From a virus (taxonomy: Duplodnaviria; Caudoviricetes): a stretch of 38,565 nt of DNA. Position numbers and translations under genes: made by a program. The stretch covers positions 1-38,565 of IMG/VR virus record IMGVR_UViG_3300022200_000140; one strand, 5' to 3'. Shown here piece after piece: positions 1 to 8,764 of the stretch (positions are counted from its first letter, which is position 1; each line of letters begins with the position of its first letter). The notes under the pieces are model-generated. The model made no database searches. It saw only the letters and a list, made by a program, of their open reading frames with translations, and was not told the origin of the DNA.

Positions 1-813
1 CCGACCGCACTTCCAGAAGCGGAAGACGGTTTATACTTAGGGTGGAATGGTACTGCACTTGAAAACTTAACTGCGGTGGCAGGGGCGACTGGTGCCACAG
101 GTGCTACTGGTCCTACTGGTGCCACAGGTGCTACCGGGGACACAGGTGCTACTGGCGCCACCGGAACAAATGGCGGTGATGGAGCTGATGGTTTAATCAC
201 AGCTATTGCTAACCAAACAGAAGCCGAAGCTGGTGTAGAAAATACTAAGGCCATGACAGCTTTAAGAACTGAGCAAGCAATAGCAAATCGTTTACTTGAT
301 TACTACACCCAAACTTTGATAGATACTGCTCAAACGGCACAAGATGTTTTGATTGCAGATGCTAGAGCGAGACTGACAACCGTAGAAAATAACCTTGATA
401 TTAATCAGTATTCAGGGACTCAAGCAATTCAAAATAATGAGGTTACTGGAATAGCCTTAGAAGGAGCTGGTGCAGATATAGCAGAAGCTCCTAAATATGG
501 AGATGCTTTCTCCAGAAATAACACTGGGACTGAGTTTACTAGGGCAACATGCCTGATAAAACGAAGTGATAGTATAGAAACTCGTTTCGTGCAAGTCACC
601 CTAGTTATGCATTACATAAGTGGAGCATGGTTTATTGGAAGGGAATCTACCGTTGTGCTCAACGATGGAGAACCTGATGGCCTTGTCTTCACCGTGGCCA
701 CGGATGGATTCGGTGTAGGCTTGGTTTCATATACATCAGATAATATGCTAGGAACAGGATATTCTGGTGAGATCACTTGGCTTGGCAAAGAAATCCCAGT
801 TATAATAAGTTAG
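1..813 (+). CDS. Tail fibre protein, 5'-truncated, with collagen-like Gly-X-Y repeat
   Basis: Frame +1 is open from base 1 (PTALPEAEDGLYLGWNGTALENL...), so the gene starts before the window. It has 12 Gly-X-Y triplets, then an 'ANQTEAEAG...KAMTALRT' fibre repeat and a coiled coil. This is the expected position after the ejection-protein genes. Confidence 0.8.
   Translation, partial: PTALPEAEDGLYLGWNGTALENLTAVAGATGATGATGPTGATGATGDTGATGATGTNGGDGADGLITAIANQTEAEAGVENTKAMTALRTEQAIANRLLDYYTQTLIDTAQTAQDVLIADARARLTTVENNLDINQYSGTQAIQNNEVTGIALEGAGADIAEAPKYGDAFSRNNTGTEFTRATCLIKRSDSIETRFVQVTLVMHYISGAWFIGRESTVVLNDGEPDGLVFTVATDGFGVGLVSYTSDNMLGTGYSGEITWLGKEIPVIIS
82..189 (+). repeat. Collagen-like (GAT)n coding repeat
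   Basis: GAT GAT GAT GPT GAT GAT GDT GAT GAT GTN GGD GAD, seen as 9-bp degenerate DNA repeats (ggtgccaca/ggtgctact). Confidence 0.9.
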
Positions 814-824
814 ACGGAGCGACA

Positions 825-3800
825 ATGAAAAATTTAATACTACTTTTATGCGTGACCTTGACCTTAATCGGTTCGGTTGAAGCAAAATACACCCTATTTC
901 CTGGGACAATAGCCATAGGGGATAATACGAAACCAGAGGCGGGAGCGACTTTTATAGTTCAATCCACCACCGAGTCTTCTATACCTTGTCCAAAAATGAC
1001 TGAAATCCAAAGGGACGCAATATCTTCCCCCGCCACCGGATCTTGTGTCTACAACACAGACACAGCTACAACTGAGTATTGGACGGGAGCATCTTGGGTA
1101 GGTGCTGGTTCTGGGACGGGTTTATCTGCCTGGTTAACCGGAACAACATACGGAACAGGGGCCTTTGTTTATACAACACCAGATTTTAAAATATGGATAG
1201 CAAACACAGGGCATACTGCAGGGGCTACTTTCGCAGGAGATATTGCAAATTGGGATGAAGCCTCTCCACTAGAAGAGCACCCAGTAACTTTCTCAGCAAG
1301 AGTTGATGAAGCAGCCGGTGTTGCCCTTGGTGAAGTTGTTTACATAAATGGAGCAACCGGAAATCAGATGGAAGCTAGTCTTGCCATTAATAATGACTTT
1401 TCAAAAATCGATGCTATCGCCGTCGCTACTGAAGCAGGTGCAAATAACGCCACTATAACTTTCCAAAATTTTGGAGAGTTATCGGGAATAGATACTTCTT
1501 CATATACAGAAGGTGATGATTTGTATCTTGATTCTACAGCAGGTCAATTGACAGCTACACATCCTACAGGGGTACAAGGAATAATGAAGATTGCTAGAGT
1601 TGTGAGAGTCCATGCTTCTCTAGGTGTTATCTTTATAGACATAGAACATCATACATTAGCTAGTGACCATAATGGTATAGTCAGGTACCAACTTGTAAAT
1701 CAAAACGCAGGGACTTCGGCGAGTACATCATACACAATGTTAAACGATGCTTCTCATAGATCATCAATCTCTATGGTAGGTAGTGGATATACAGCCGTTC
1801 CTGGAATAGCCGAATCTATGGTTATCTACAACGAGGGTTATAATAAAACAGTAAATGCAGTAGATGGAAACTTTGGATTTGAGTGGTGGACCGATGTTAC
1901 TGATTCACATAATTTAAGTTCAACTTCTAAAATGAGCTTAAGTGCAGCCGGTCTTCTTACGGTAGACTCATTAACTTCTAATGGCGAAACCATAATAGAT
2001 TACACAGCAACAACCTCCGATAATAATGCGCTAGAAATTGATATGCACGCTGCTGGTTTCGGAGGAAATGAAGCTTTAGATATCGATTATGTAACGGGAG
2101 CTTTAGCTGCTGGATCTGCCGAGGCTGCAATACTTGTAAACATAGATGAAACCTTAGCTACTGGTGGGGATGTTTACGGGATGGAAGTCCTAGCGACTGA
2201 AGGATCAGCAACCGTATACGCTCTTGGTGTTGGACCAACGGTAAATGTAATAGAACAAGAGTCAGGGACATTCATAGATATGGATAGTGCCTTAACCATA
2301 GCAGTAGATAACATAACTGCTTGGACAACTTCTGACCCTGGTGGAGCTAACAACGTAGACTTCTTTGTAGCTGACAATGACTCTATAACTTTTGGAGATG
2401 CTTCTAAATTTGAAACTTTAGAATTTGTATTAGAGACAGCCGCTTCACAAAACGTACAACCTACATTTGAGTACAGTACTGGATCAGGAACTTGGGCCAC
2501 TTTCTCACCTATCGATGGTACGAGTGGTTTTAGAAATACTGGTCTTGTTGTATGGCTTGAGGCTGATATTCCTTCATGGGCAGTAGGTGTAGGGGCAGAA
2601 TTTTTAATTAGAATTACAAGAACTAGAAACGGATTATCCACTAACCCAGTTGAAGATCACGCTAAAATATCAGCGGTTTCTTTATTTTCCTGGGATAAAA
2701 ATGGTGATCTTTCTATAAACGGGCTTACTTCTGCAGCCGATATTTTAATGGCAGGAACGGGACAACTTGATCTTCCAGTAGGAACGACAGGTGAAAGAAG
2801 TGGTTCTCCTAATAGCGGTATGATCAGGTTTAACTCAACGACTACGGCCTTTGAGGGATACGATGGTTCCGCTTGGGGCGATATAGATGGTTCTGTTTCA
2901 GGTGGAGTAAGTTCAACTGATAACGCCATCGCAAGATGGGATAGTACCACTGGGAAACTAATCCAGGACTCTTCTGTTGTTATTGATGATGATGGACGGA
3001 TAGACCAAACAGGTCTAGGAGGTTCTGTATTCATGGGTAGTGGTGCTGGTGCCGCAGATGATTTAACTACTAACGCAAACGTAGGGATAGGCGGGAGTGC
3101 TCTTACTACTAACACAGTAGGTGTAAATAATACTGGAGTCGGAAATTTAGCCGGTCTAAAAGTTTTTGCAGGAAATAACAATAGTTTTTTTGGGGCTTCT
3201 ACCGCTAGTAGTGGTGCTGGTAATCTTACAGGATCTAATAATACAGCAGTCGGTTATCACGGATTGCAGGATCTATTTAGCACATCAGCAGGGAACACTA
3301 CTTTAGGTTCTGAAGCGGGTAAAAATATAACAGTAGGTAGTAGAAACTTAATGCTTGGTTATAATACTGGGACTACATCAACTACAGCTTCAGATAATAT
3401 ACTAATTGGTTATAATATTTCGACTAGTTCACCCACAGCAAGTTCCGAACTTAATATTGCTGATCTTATAAAAGGTGATTTAACTACGGGTGATTTAGAT
3501 ATTGTCTCAACTACCGCTCTAGGTTTACCAAATGGTACTTTAGCTCAAAGACCGACGGGAGCTAATGGAGATATCCGATACAACTCTGATTCTGAATCGT
3601 TTGAAGGTTTTGCTAATAGTAGTTGGGGTGATCTTGGTGGTTCTGGTTCTGGCGGAATTAATTATTTACAAGATACTAAAGATAGTGACTTTGAAGTAAG
3701 TGTAGGTAACTGGGTTGCATTTGATGATGGTGCTGTCACTGTTCCTGTAGATGGAACTGGTGGCGGAAACGCTAACTGGACATGTGCAAGAAATACTACG

Positions 3801-5531
3801 ACTCCCTTAAGATTAACAGGGGATTTGAAAATTGTCGCTGCAGCCAGTGATGTTCAAGGACATGGCTGCTCGGTTGATTTTGATATTGATTCTGGGATGA
3901 AGGCACGTAAATTAGTAGGATCTTTTTGGTATGATTTTTCTGATGCTGGCTTCAACGATGATGAAGTAAAAGTATTTATATACGATAAAACGAACACAAA
4001 TATCATAAGAGTTAATGGCGAAGATACAAAGAGTGGAAAAGGCGTTCATTATTTCCAATTCCAAACTGCAAGTGATTCAACTTCTTATAGATTAATTGTA
4101 ATGCAAACTGATGCTACTAACACTACCGGGTTTTCAGCTTACTCAGATCAAGTCGCCGTTGGTCCTACAGAATTAGCATTTGGCTCAATAGCTACCAACT
4201 TAGGGACTTTAACCACAACCGGTTCCTGGAATGGTACAACCTATGTTGGTAAATACTGGAGGGAAAACGAGTTTCTTGTAGCCTCAGTAAACCTGACTCT
4301 TTCATCAGCACCTTCATCCGCCGACTTAACGATAAACCTGCCATCCGGTCATGTTATGGACACGGCCAAGCTACCAGGTGGAACTAGCACGAGAGGTTCA
4401 ATTAATGCAAAAGGTACTATATACGAATCTGGCGGGAATAACTGGGATATACATGCCCTCTATAGTTCCACAACTGCGATTAGAGTTATGGTCGATTCAG
4501 CTGTTACAGCACAATCATCAGCGGTAAATATAACTACTCCTTTTACTGTAGGAGCTAGTGATATAGTAACTTTAACTTATAGAGTGCCCATAGTTGGCTG
4601 GGAATCGACGGCTAGAATGAGCCAAGACCTAGGCGGTAGGGAAGTATCTTTTTTAGCAACAAGATCGGCAAATCAAGTTATTTCGGGTAGCGGTACTTTA
4701 AATTTTGATACAGAAGCCTACGATACAACCGCATCATATGATACATCTACCTATGAGTTTACAATACCAGAATCAGGCAAATATATATTTAATGCAGGAA
4801 TGGAGTTTTCTATCACTCCTTCGGCGGGGGAAGTAGTCGCTATGGATCTAGAGGTTAATGGTTCTGTTAACCATAGGCTCTTTAGGTACGAATACCAAGC
4901 AACACCTGGATCTATAATGCAACCTACTCAATCGGGTAGTAGAACTTTGGATCTAGTAAAAGGAGATACAGTAAGAGCTTACTTTATAGAAACTTTTTCA
5001 GGGGCGCTTACCTTTGTAGGAGCATCCACAAGTGGTTCCTTTTTTGGTGGAGCTAAATTAGCATCCCCTCAAACAGTTCTTGAAACCGAAACGGTTGCAG
5101 CTAGGTTTTCTAGTAATAATGGTCTTCCTAGTATCCCTGATAATGCATCAACCATAATGGATTTTGAAGATTTAGAGTATGACACTCATGGAGCTGTTAC
5201 TACTGGAGCTGCTTGGAAGTTTACGGCACCAGTAACCTCAAAGTATTCCGTAAAAACAAACCTGTTATTCTCAACAACAACTGGATGGGGGATTGCAGAA
5301 ACAGCAGGTATAGCTTTATGGAAGAACGGGGCAATCCACTCCAACCTTGGATATAAACAACTACCGGCAACCTCAGCTTCGTCGATATTCCTTTCTGTCT
5401 CCGGAGGTACGACTTTAGATTTAGTCAAGGGCGACTATATTGACATAAGACCGATCCAAGGATCAGGCGGGGCACTTACCCCACATACTGATGCTACCTA
5501 CAACTATGTAACCATTGAGGGGATAAAATAA
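825..5531 (+). CDS. Large mosaic fibre/adhesin (1568 aa) with N-terminal signal peptide and two C-terminal C1q-like domains
   Basis: ATG at 825 follows GGAG, so it is a better start than the track's 777. N-terminus is MKNLILLLCVTLTLIGSVEA|K. The protein is Gly/Thr/Ser-rich, with three 'P.GT..QR....G.IRYN......EG.....W' modules, 'N..vG..A' beta-roll repeats and C1q-like 'F...YD.....F..P..G.Y.....L.L.KGD' domains. Confidence 0.8.
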   Translation: MKNLILLLCVTLTLIGSVEAKYTLFPGTIAIGDNTKPEAGATFIVQSTTESSIPCPKMTEIQRDAISSPATGSCVYNTDTATTEYWTGASWVGAGSGTGLSAWLTGTTYGTGAFVYTTPDFKIWIANTGHTAGATFAGDIANWDEASPLEEHPVTFSARVDEAAGVALGEVVYINGATGNQMEASLAINNDFSKIDAIAVATEAGANNATITFQNFGELSGIDTSSYTEGDDLYLDSTAGQLTATHPTGVQGIMKIARVVRVHASLGVIFIDIEHHTLASDHNGIVRYQLVNQNAGTSASTSYTMLNDASHRSSISMVGSGYTAVPGIAESMVIYNEGYNKTVNAVDGNFGFEWWTDVTDSHNLSSTSKMSLSAAGLLTVDSLTSNGETIIDYTATTSDNNALEIDMHAAGFGGNEALDIDYVTGALAAGSAEAAILVNIDETLATGGDVYGMEVLATEGSATVYALGVGPTVNVIEQESGTFIDMDSALTIAVDNITAWTTSDPGGANNVDFFVADNDSITFGDASKFETLEFVLETAASQNVQPTFEYSTGSGTWATFSPIDGTSGFRNTGLVVWLEADIPSWAVGVGAEFLIRITRTRNGLSTNPVEDHAKISAVSLFSWDKNGDLSINGLTSAADILMAGTGQLDLPVGTTGERSGSPNSGMIRFNSTTTAFEGYDGSAWGDIDGSVSGGVSSTDNAIARWDSTTGKLIQDSSVVIDDDGRIDQTGLGGSVFMGSGAGAADDLTTNANVGIGGSALTTNTVGVNNTGVGNLAGLKVFAGNNNSFFGASTASSGAGNLTGSNNTAVGYHGLQDLFSTSAGNTTLGSEAGKNITVGSRNLMLGYNTGTTSTTASDNILIGYNISTSSPTASSELNIADLIKGDLTTGDLDIVSTTALGLPNGTLAQRPTGANGDIRYNSDSESFEGFANSSWGDLGGSGSGGINYLQDTKDSDFEVSVGNWVAFDDGAVTVPVDGTGGGNANWTCARNTTTPLRLTGDLKIVAAASDVQGHGCSVDFDIDSGMKARKLVGSFWYDFSDAGFNDDEVKVFIYDKTNTNIIRVNGEDTKSGKGVHYFQFQTASDSTSYRLIVMQTDATNTTGFSAYSDQVAVGPTELAFGSIATNLGTLTTTGSWNGTTYVGKYWRENEFLVASVNLTLSSAPSSADLTINLPSGHVMDTAKLPGGTSTRGSINAKGTIYESGGNNWDIHALYSSTTAIRVMVDSAVTAQSSAVNITTPFTVGASDIVTLTYRVPIVGWESTARMSQDLGGREVSFLATRSANQVISGSGTLNFDTEAYDTTASYDTSTYEFTIPESGKYIFNAGMEFSITPSAGEVVAMDLEVNGSVNHRLFRYEYQATPGSIMQPTQSGSRTLDLVKGDTVRAYFIETFSGALTFVGASTSGSFFGGAKLASPQTVLETETVAARFSSNNGLPSIPDNASTIMDFEDLEYDTHGAVTTGAAWKFTAPVTSKYSVKTNLLFSTTTGWGIAETAGIALWKNGAIHSNLGYKQLPATSASSIFLSVSGGTTLDLVKGDYIDIRPIQGSGGALTPHTDATYNYVTIEGIK

Positions 5532-5971
5532 TGAAATATTTAATTTTTATGCTATTAAGTTTAACTTCCTACGCCGAAATAGCGGTCACTGTTACTATGT
5601 CAGATGGGCAAAGTCCCTGCGGCGGGAATTGTAACTTTAAAACCCAACTCGAAGTTGATACCTGGAAAGCAGATAATATTTCTAACGATTCATGGGGTAA
5701 GAAGCAAAGGTGGGAGTTATTTACCGATCAAACTGATTGCCTTCAAATGAGAGATCTTAAGGACAGGGAAGATGTGGTTATCGGTCAAGAATGTGAAAGA
5801 CCTGTTGAATACACAATAACTGAGACTGATATCACCGCTGAAGTAAACGTTAAAAAAGCTAAAAAAGACGCTGATGGTATTACGATTGAATCTATAAAAG
5901 CTAAACTGTTAGACGGTTCTGCTAAGTTAGAAGATCTAATTGAGTACCTCAGAATAAAAGAAGGGTTGTAA
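5531..5971 (+). CDS. Fibre-associated (chaperone-like) protein with signal peptide
   Basis: Coupled to the fibre gene by a TAATG overlap. N-terminus is MKYLIFMLLSLTSYA|E. It has 4 Cys and an 'EYTITETDIT' segment followed by a helical tail. Confidence 0.6.
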   Translation: MKYLIFMLLSLTSYAEIAVTVTMSDGQSPCGGNCNFKTQLEVDTWKADNISNDSWGKKQRWELFTDQTDCLQMRDLKDREDVVIGQECERPVEYTITETDITAEVNVKKAKKDADGITIESIKAKLLDGSAKLEDLIEYLRIKEGL

Positions 5972-5972
5972 A

Positions 5973-6317
5973 ATGGAGTCTAGTGGAAATATTATTTTAA
6001 TAGTCTTACAAGGGATAACAACTTTATGTTTTTTCTTTGGAGTATTTATACTTAACGGTTTCCGCTCTTCTATGGATAAAATCCAAACATCGATCGGCGG
6101 TTTAAATATTAGTATCACTAAATTAGTTGAGAAAGATATTACTAAAGATCAAAGACTGGATGACCACAGGCACATGATAACCGGGCTTGAGAATGATATG
6201 AACATTCTAAGAGAAAGGTATCATGAGGTGGTAAATAAATCTGTTACCAAACAGCAATTAATGGGGCTGGAGTTCGAGGCTTTAAAAAAAACAGTGGAAG
6301 AGTTAAAGTCCACATAG
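5973..6317 (+). CDS. Single-TM coiled-coil membrane protein (holin-like candidate)
   Basis: N-terminal hydrophobic helix IILIVLQGITTLCFFFGVFIL followed by a coiled coil. It lies between the fibre and spanin-like genes. Confidence 0.5.
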   Translation: MESSGNIILIVLQGITTLCFFFGVFILNGFRSSMDKIQTSIGGLNISITKLVEKDITKDQRLDDHRHMITGLENDMNILRERYHEVVNKSVTKQQLMGLEFEALKKTVEELKST

Positions 6318-6331
6318 AATAGGAGAGTATT

Positions 6332-6550
6332 ATGTTAAACAAAGACAAATTAATGGCGATGGCCCAGCTTAGAGGAATTAATTTACTAGAAGATTCTTTA
6401 AATGATGGAGCAAAAGGTCTTGCTCATCTTGCGATTGATATCGTTGAAGAACTAGTGAAGGACACTGAAAATGCAATAGATGATGTTGCTTTTGCAGCTA
6501 TCCAAGGTGTTGCTAGAGACATGGCAGATAAGATCGAAGTAAGTTTATAG
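6332..6550 (+). CDS. Small acidic hypothetical protein in the lysis region
   Basis: AGGAG RBS, 72 aa, tightly packed with its neighbours. Confidence 0.65.
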   Translation: MLNKDKLMAMAQLRGINLLEDSLNDGAKGLAHLAIDIVEELVKDTENAIDDVAFAAIQGVARDMADKIEVSL

Positions 6551-6551
6551 T

Positions 6552-6752
6552 ATGTGGGCCAAATTAGTACATACATTATTAATGCCACTGATTCAAAAGT
6601 CGGTGGTGGCCCTATTTATTTACGTTAAAGAATCCCTCAAAGATTGGTGGAGAAAACGTAAGTTGAAGAAGAAGAACACAGGGAAGGTGGAAGACTATGA
6701 GAACGCTGATAACATTAATGATGCTAGGGATGCTCATAATAAGTTGCCGTAA
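6552..6752 (+). CDS. Putative i-spanin (Rz-like)
   Basis: N-terminal hydrophobic segment and charged tail. It overlaps the downstream lipoprotein gene in another frame. Confidence 0.45.
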   Translation: MWAKLVHTLLMPLIQKSVVALFIYVKESLKDWWRKRKLKKKNTGKVEDYENADNINDARDAHNKLP

Positions 6753-7047
6753 TCGTAACGGTCAAGAACAACCTAAAACCCCAAACGATCAAGAACAATT
6801 ATCCGTTTTCCTGGCAGAACATGTAGAAATAGACGGGAAATTATACATCCCTCTAGATGGATCTGGCTGTATATCACGTAATTATAGAGTTGAAAGAGGG
6901 TACATTGGCCCTATATCAGAAAGTATCGTACTGGACCTAAGAGAATGCCATAAAGTAATCGGGTATTCCCCTGCAGAATATGGCGTTCTTACTACTTGGA
7001 TGGAAAACATGAGAGTATGGTTAGTCGGCTTTGATCGTAAAAAATAG
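6697..7047 (+). CDS. Lipoprotein, putative o-spanin (Rz1-like)
   Basis: MRTLITLMMLGMLIIS|C lipobox-like signal. The start lies inside the upstream gene, as in overlapped spanin pairs. Confidence 0.55.
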   Translation: MRTLITLMMLGMLIISCRNRNGQEQPKTPNDQEQLSVFLAEHVEIDGKLYIPLDGSGCISRNYRVERGYIGPISESIVLDLRECHKVIGYSPAEYGVLTTWMENMRVWLVGFDRKK

Positions 7048-7137
7048 ATAGTATTAATTCATGTAGACGTTTACAATAGAAACAGAGGGTTTAGTTCCTT
7101 TCTCCCTCTACTTCTGTTGTTATGTTTACTTCCTCTT

Positions 7138-7163
7138 AAGAGACTGTGAATGCAGTCTCTTTT
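7138..7163. terminator. Intrinsic terminator between convergent late and early transcription units
   Basis: aagagactg-tgaatg-cagtctctt hairpin followed by T's, located between convergent genes. Confidence 0.75.
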
Positions 7164-7173
7164 GATGATTGCT

Positions 7174-7728
7174 CTATTCTTCTTTTAAATCGGGTAAATT
7201 ATCAGCCGCTCTCTTAACATGAACAGCACCTTTAATAGCTTCTTGAGTTTTCATTTCTAAAAAGTACTCAAACTTCTTATCTAGTTTAGTTCCCTTCAAA
7301 AACTCCATCGCCCACTTGTATTTAAAATCTAGATTAGAGTGGTTCTTTAAAACCTCTTCTTGATCATCTATTATATTTCTGAATTGTTCATAGAACCTTT
7401 CGTAATTTTCAGTTATAGATTTGAGGTAGGGGTAGAATGTCTTCCAAAATAATTGGACAGCTACTAAGTTTGTCATCCCCTTATGGAAACCGCAACCAGT
7501 AGAGAGGATAAAGTCGAAATGGGTATAATCCACACCATGTTCGTCTTCCTTATCAAAGAGGATAGCCTTTTTCTCTAGGGCCATTTGATACCTCTTCATT
7601 TTTGACTCATCAAAGGTACCTTTCAAACTAAACCCACTATCGGATTCAGTCCTGGACACTAAAGACTCTTCTTTCCCTAATACGTTCTCTGCTCTTTTCT
7701 TCTTACTGTTAAAATCTATAATGCTCAT
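7174..7728 (-). CDS. Hypothetical protein
   Basis: ATG at 7728 (MSIIDF) has a GAGGAG RBS and overlaps the HNH stop (ATGA). 184 aa. Confidence 0.7.
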   Translation of the reverse strand: MSIIDFNSKKKRAENVLGKEESLVSRTESDSGFSLKGTFDESKMKRYQMALEKKAILFDKEDEHGVDYTHFDFILSTGCGFHKGMTNLVAVQLFWKTFYPYLKSITENYERFYEQFRNIIDDQEEVLKNHSNLDFKYKWAMEFLKGTKLDKKFEYFLEMKTQEAIKGAVHVKRAADNLPDLKEE

Positions 7729-8192
7729 ATGTTTCTCCTCGAATTTCTTAACCATAAAGTACTTACGTGAGATCTACTTATCCCGAAGAAGTCAGCCACC
7801 TTTTGTTGGGTGTTGCCCTTGGATAACATACCTCGTATCTCCATTACCTCGGAGTCACTTAGTTTTACTTTATAACTTGCCTTTCTTCCATTACGGAAAG
7901 CATGTTTTAAATTTTCGGAACTAGTGCACCACTCTAGGTTGGTCAATCTATTGTCGGACCTATCCCTATTTAAGTGGTTAACTTGGTATTTACTTGCGTC
8001 TTCTAGTGGAGAGAAGCTTAACATAACTAATCTATGGACTCGTTTGGTTTTTCTGTTTAAAGAGATATTTTTATACCCAGCTCCGTCATTAGATAACTTT
8101 CGGATAACCCCCGTTATACTGTTTACTACTCTACCCTGATTAGACACCTTATACCCAGGATGTTCTGGTATGATCCTCCACTCTTCGCTCAT
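7725..8192 (-). CDS. NUMOD4-HNH homing endonuclease with C-terminal HTH
   Basis: EEWRII...YKVSNQGRV (NUMOD4), VHRLV...VNHLN.DRSDNRLTNLEWCT..EN..H (HNH_3), TQQKVADFFGISRSHVS (HTH). Confidence 0.92.
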   Translation of the reverse strand: MSEEWRIIPEHPGYKVSNQGRVVNSITGVIRKLSNDGAGYKNISLNRKTKRVHRLVMLSFSPLEDASKYQVNHLNRDRSDNRLTNLEWCTSSENLKHAFRNGRKASYKVKLSDSEVMEIRGMLSKGNTQQKVADFFGISRSHVSTLWLRNSRRNI

Positions 8193-8764
8193 AAAAATAC
8201 CGCCCTCATAAATGATTTAACCCTTGTCCAAAAAGAACGTCTATACACTACTTTAGGGGCGATACCTAGTCTTGTTTTTATTCTATCCTTAACAAGATAA
8301 CCGAAACGGTAAACTACCGATTGCCTATCAGTACCAGGATGATCAAGTCCACAATTATGTAAGTACTCATGTGCTTGGTTTCCTGCTATATCCGCTAGGT
8401 CAAACCCTTTGAATATATTCCTATTGACCCACGTAAACCATGTTGATGGTAGCGTGTATCCAACTACACTTCTCCATGAGTAGTAGAAGGAAACTGAGAT
8501 ATCGATAGCATAATCTTTTTCTTTATTGAAATCATCAACACCAGATAAAACCATTTCTTTAAATAACTTAAACGATTGCTTCTCATAGTTGTAAGGTGCC
8601 AGCAATTTGCGGTGGTGCCAATTGTTGTACACCCTAGAAACATCATACCAGAAATCGGGATCATTTATTTCAAACTCAAACTCTTTAGCGGCGGCTTTAA
8701 ATGCTTCCGATTCTTTCTCAGTCGCCTTTTTAATGGCGTGTATTTTTACATTAGTTCTTTTCAT
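8189..8764 (-). CDS. Zinc metalloprotease (HExxHxxGxxH)
   Basis: AHEYLHNCGLDH metzincin-type zinc motif and a basic amphipathic C-terminus. Confidence 0.75.
   Translation of the reverse strand: MKRTNVKIHAIKKATEKESEAFKAAAKEFEFEINDPDFWYDVSRVYNNWHHRKLLAPYNYEKQSFKLFKEMVLSGVDDFNKEKDYAIDISVSFYYSWRSVVGYTLPSTWFTWVNRNIFKGFDLADIAGNQAHEYLHNCGLDHPGTDRQSVVYRFGYLVKDRIKTRLGIAPKVVYRRSFWTRVKSFMRAVFL

Noticed and set aside
777-824. TTG-start extension of the fibre ORF given in the track
   Set aside because: It overlaps the upstream gene. ATG 825 has a GGAG RBS and begins a clean signal peptide.
2174-3181. Minus-strand ORFs of 155 and 174 aa inside the fibre gene
   Set aside because: These are antisense shadows of a Gly/Thr/Ser-biased gene with no RBS or motifs. 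The same applies to the antisense and alternate-frame ORFs inside the helicase, polA, terL, portal, capsid, nozzle and ejection genes.
4600-7170. Diversity-generating retroelement acting on the fibre tip (BPP-1-like structural genes prompted the check)
   Set aside because: No reverse transcriptase and no template/variable repeat pair were seen.
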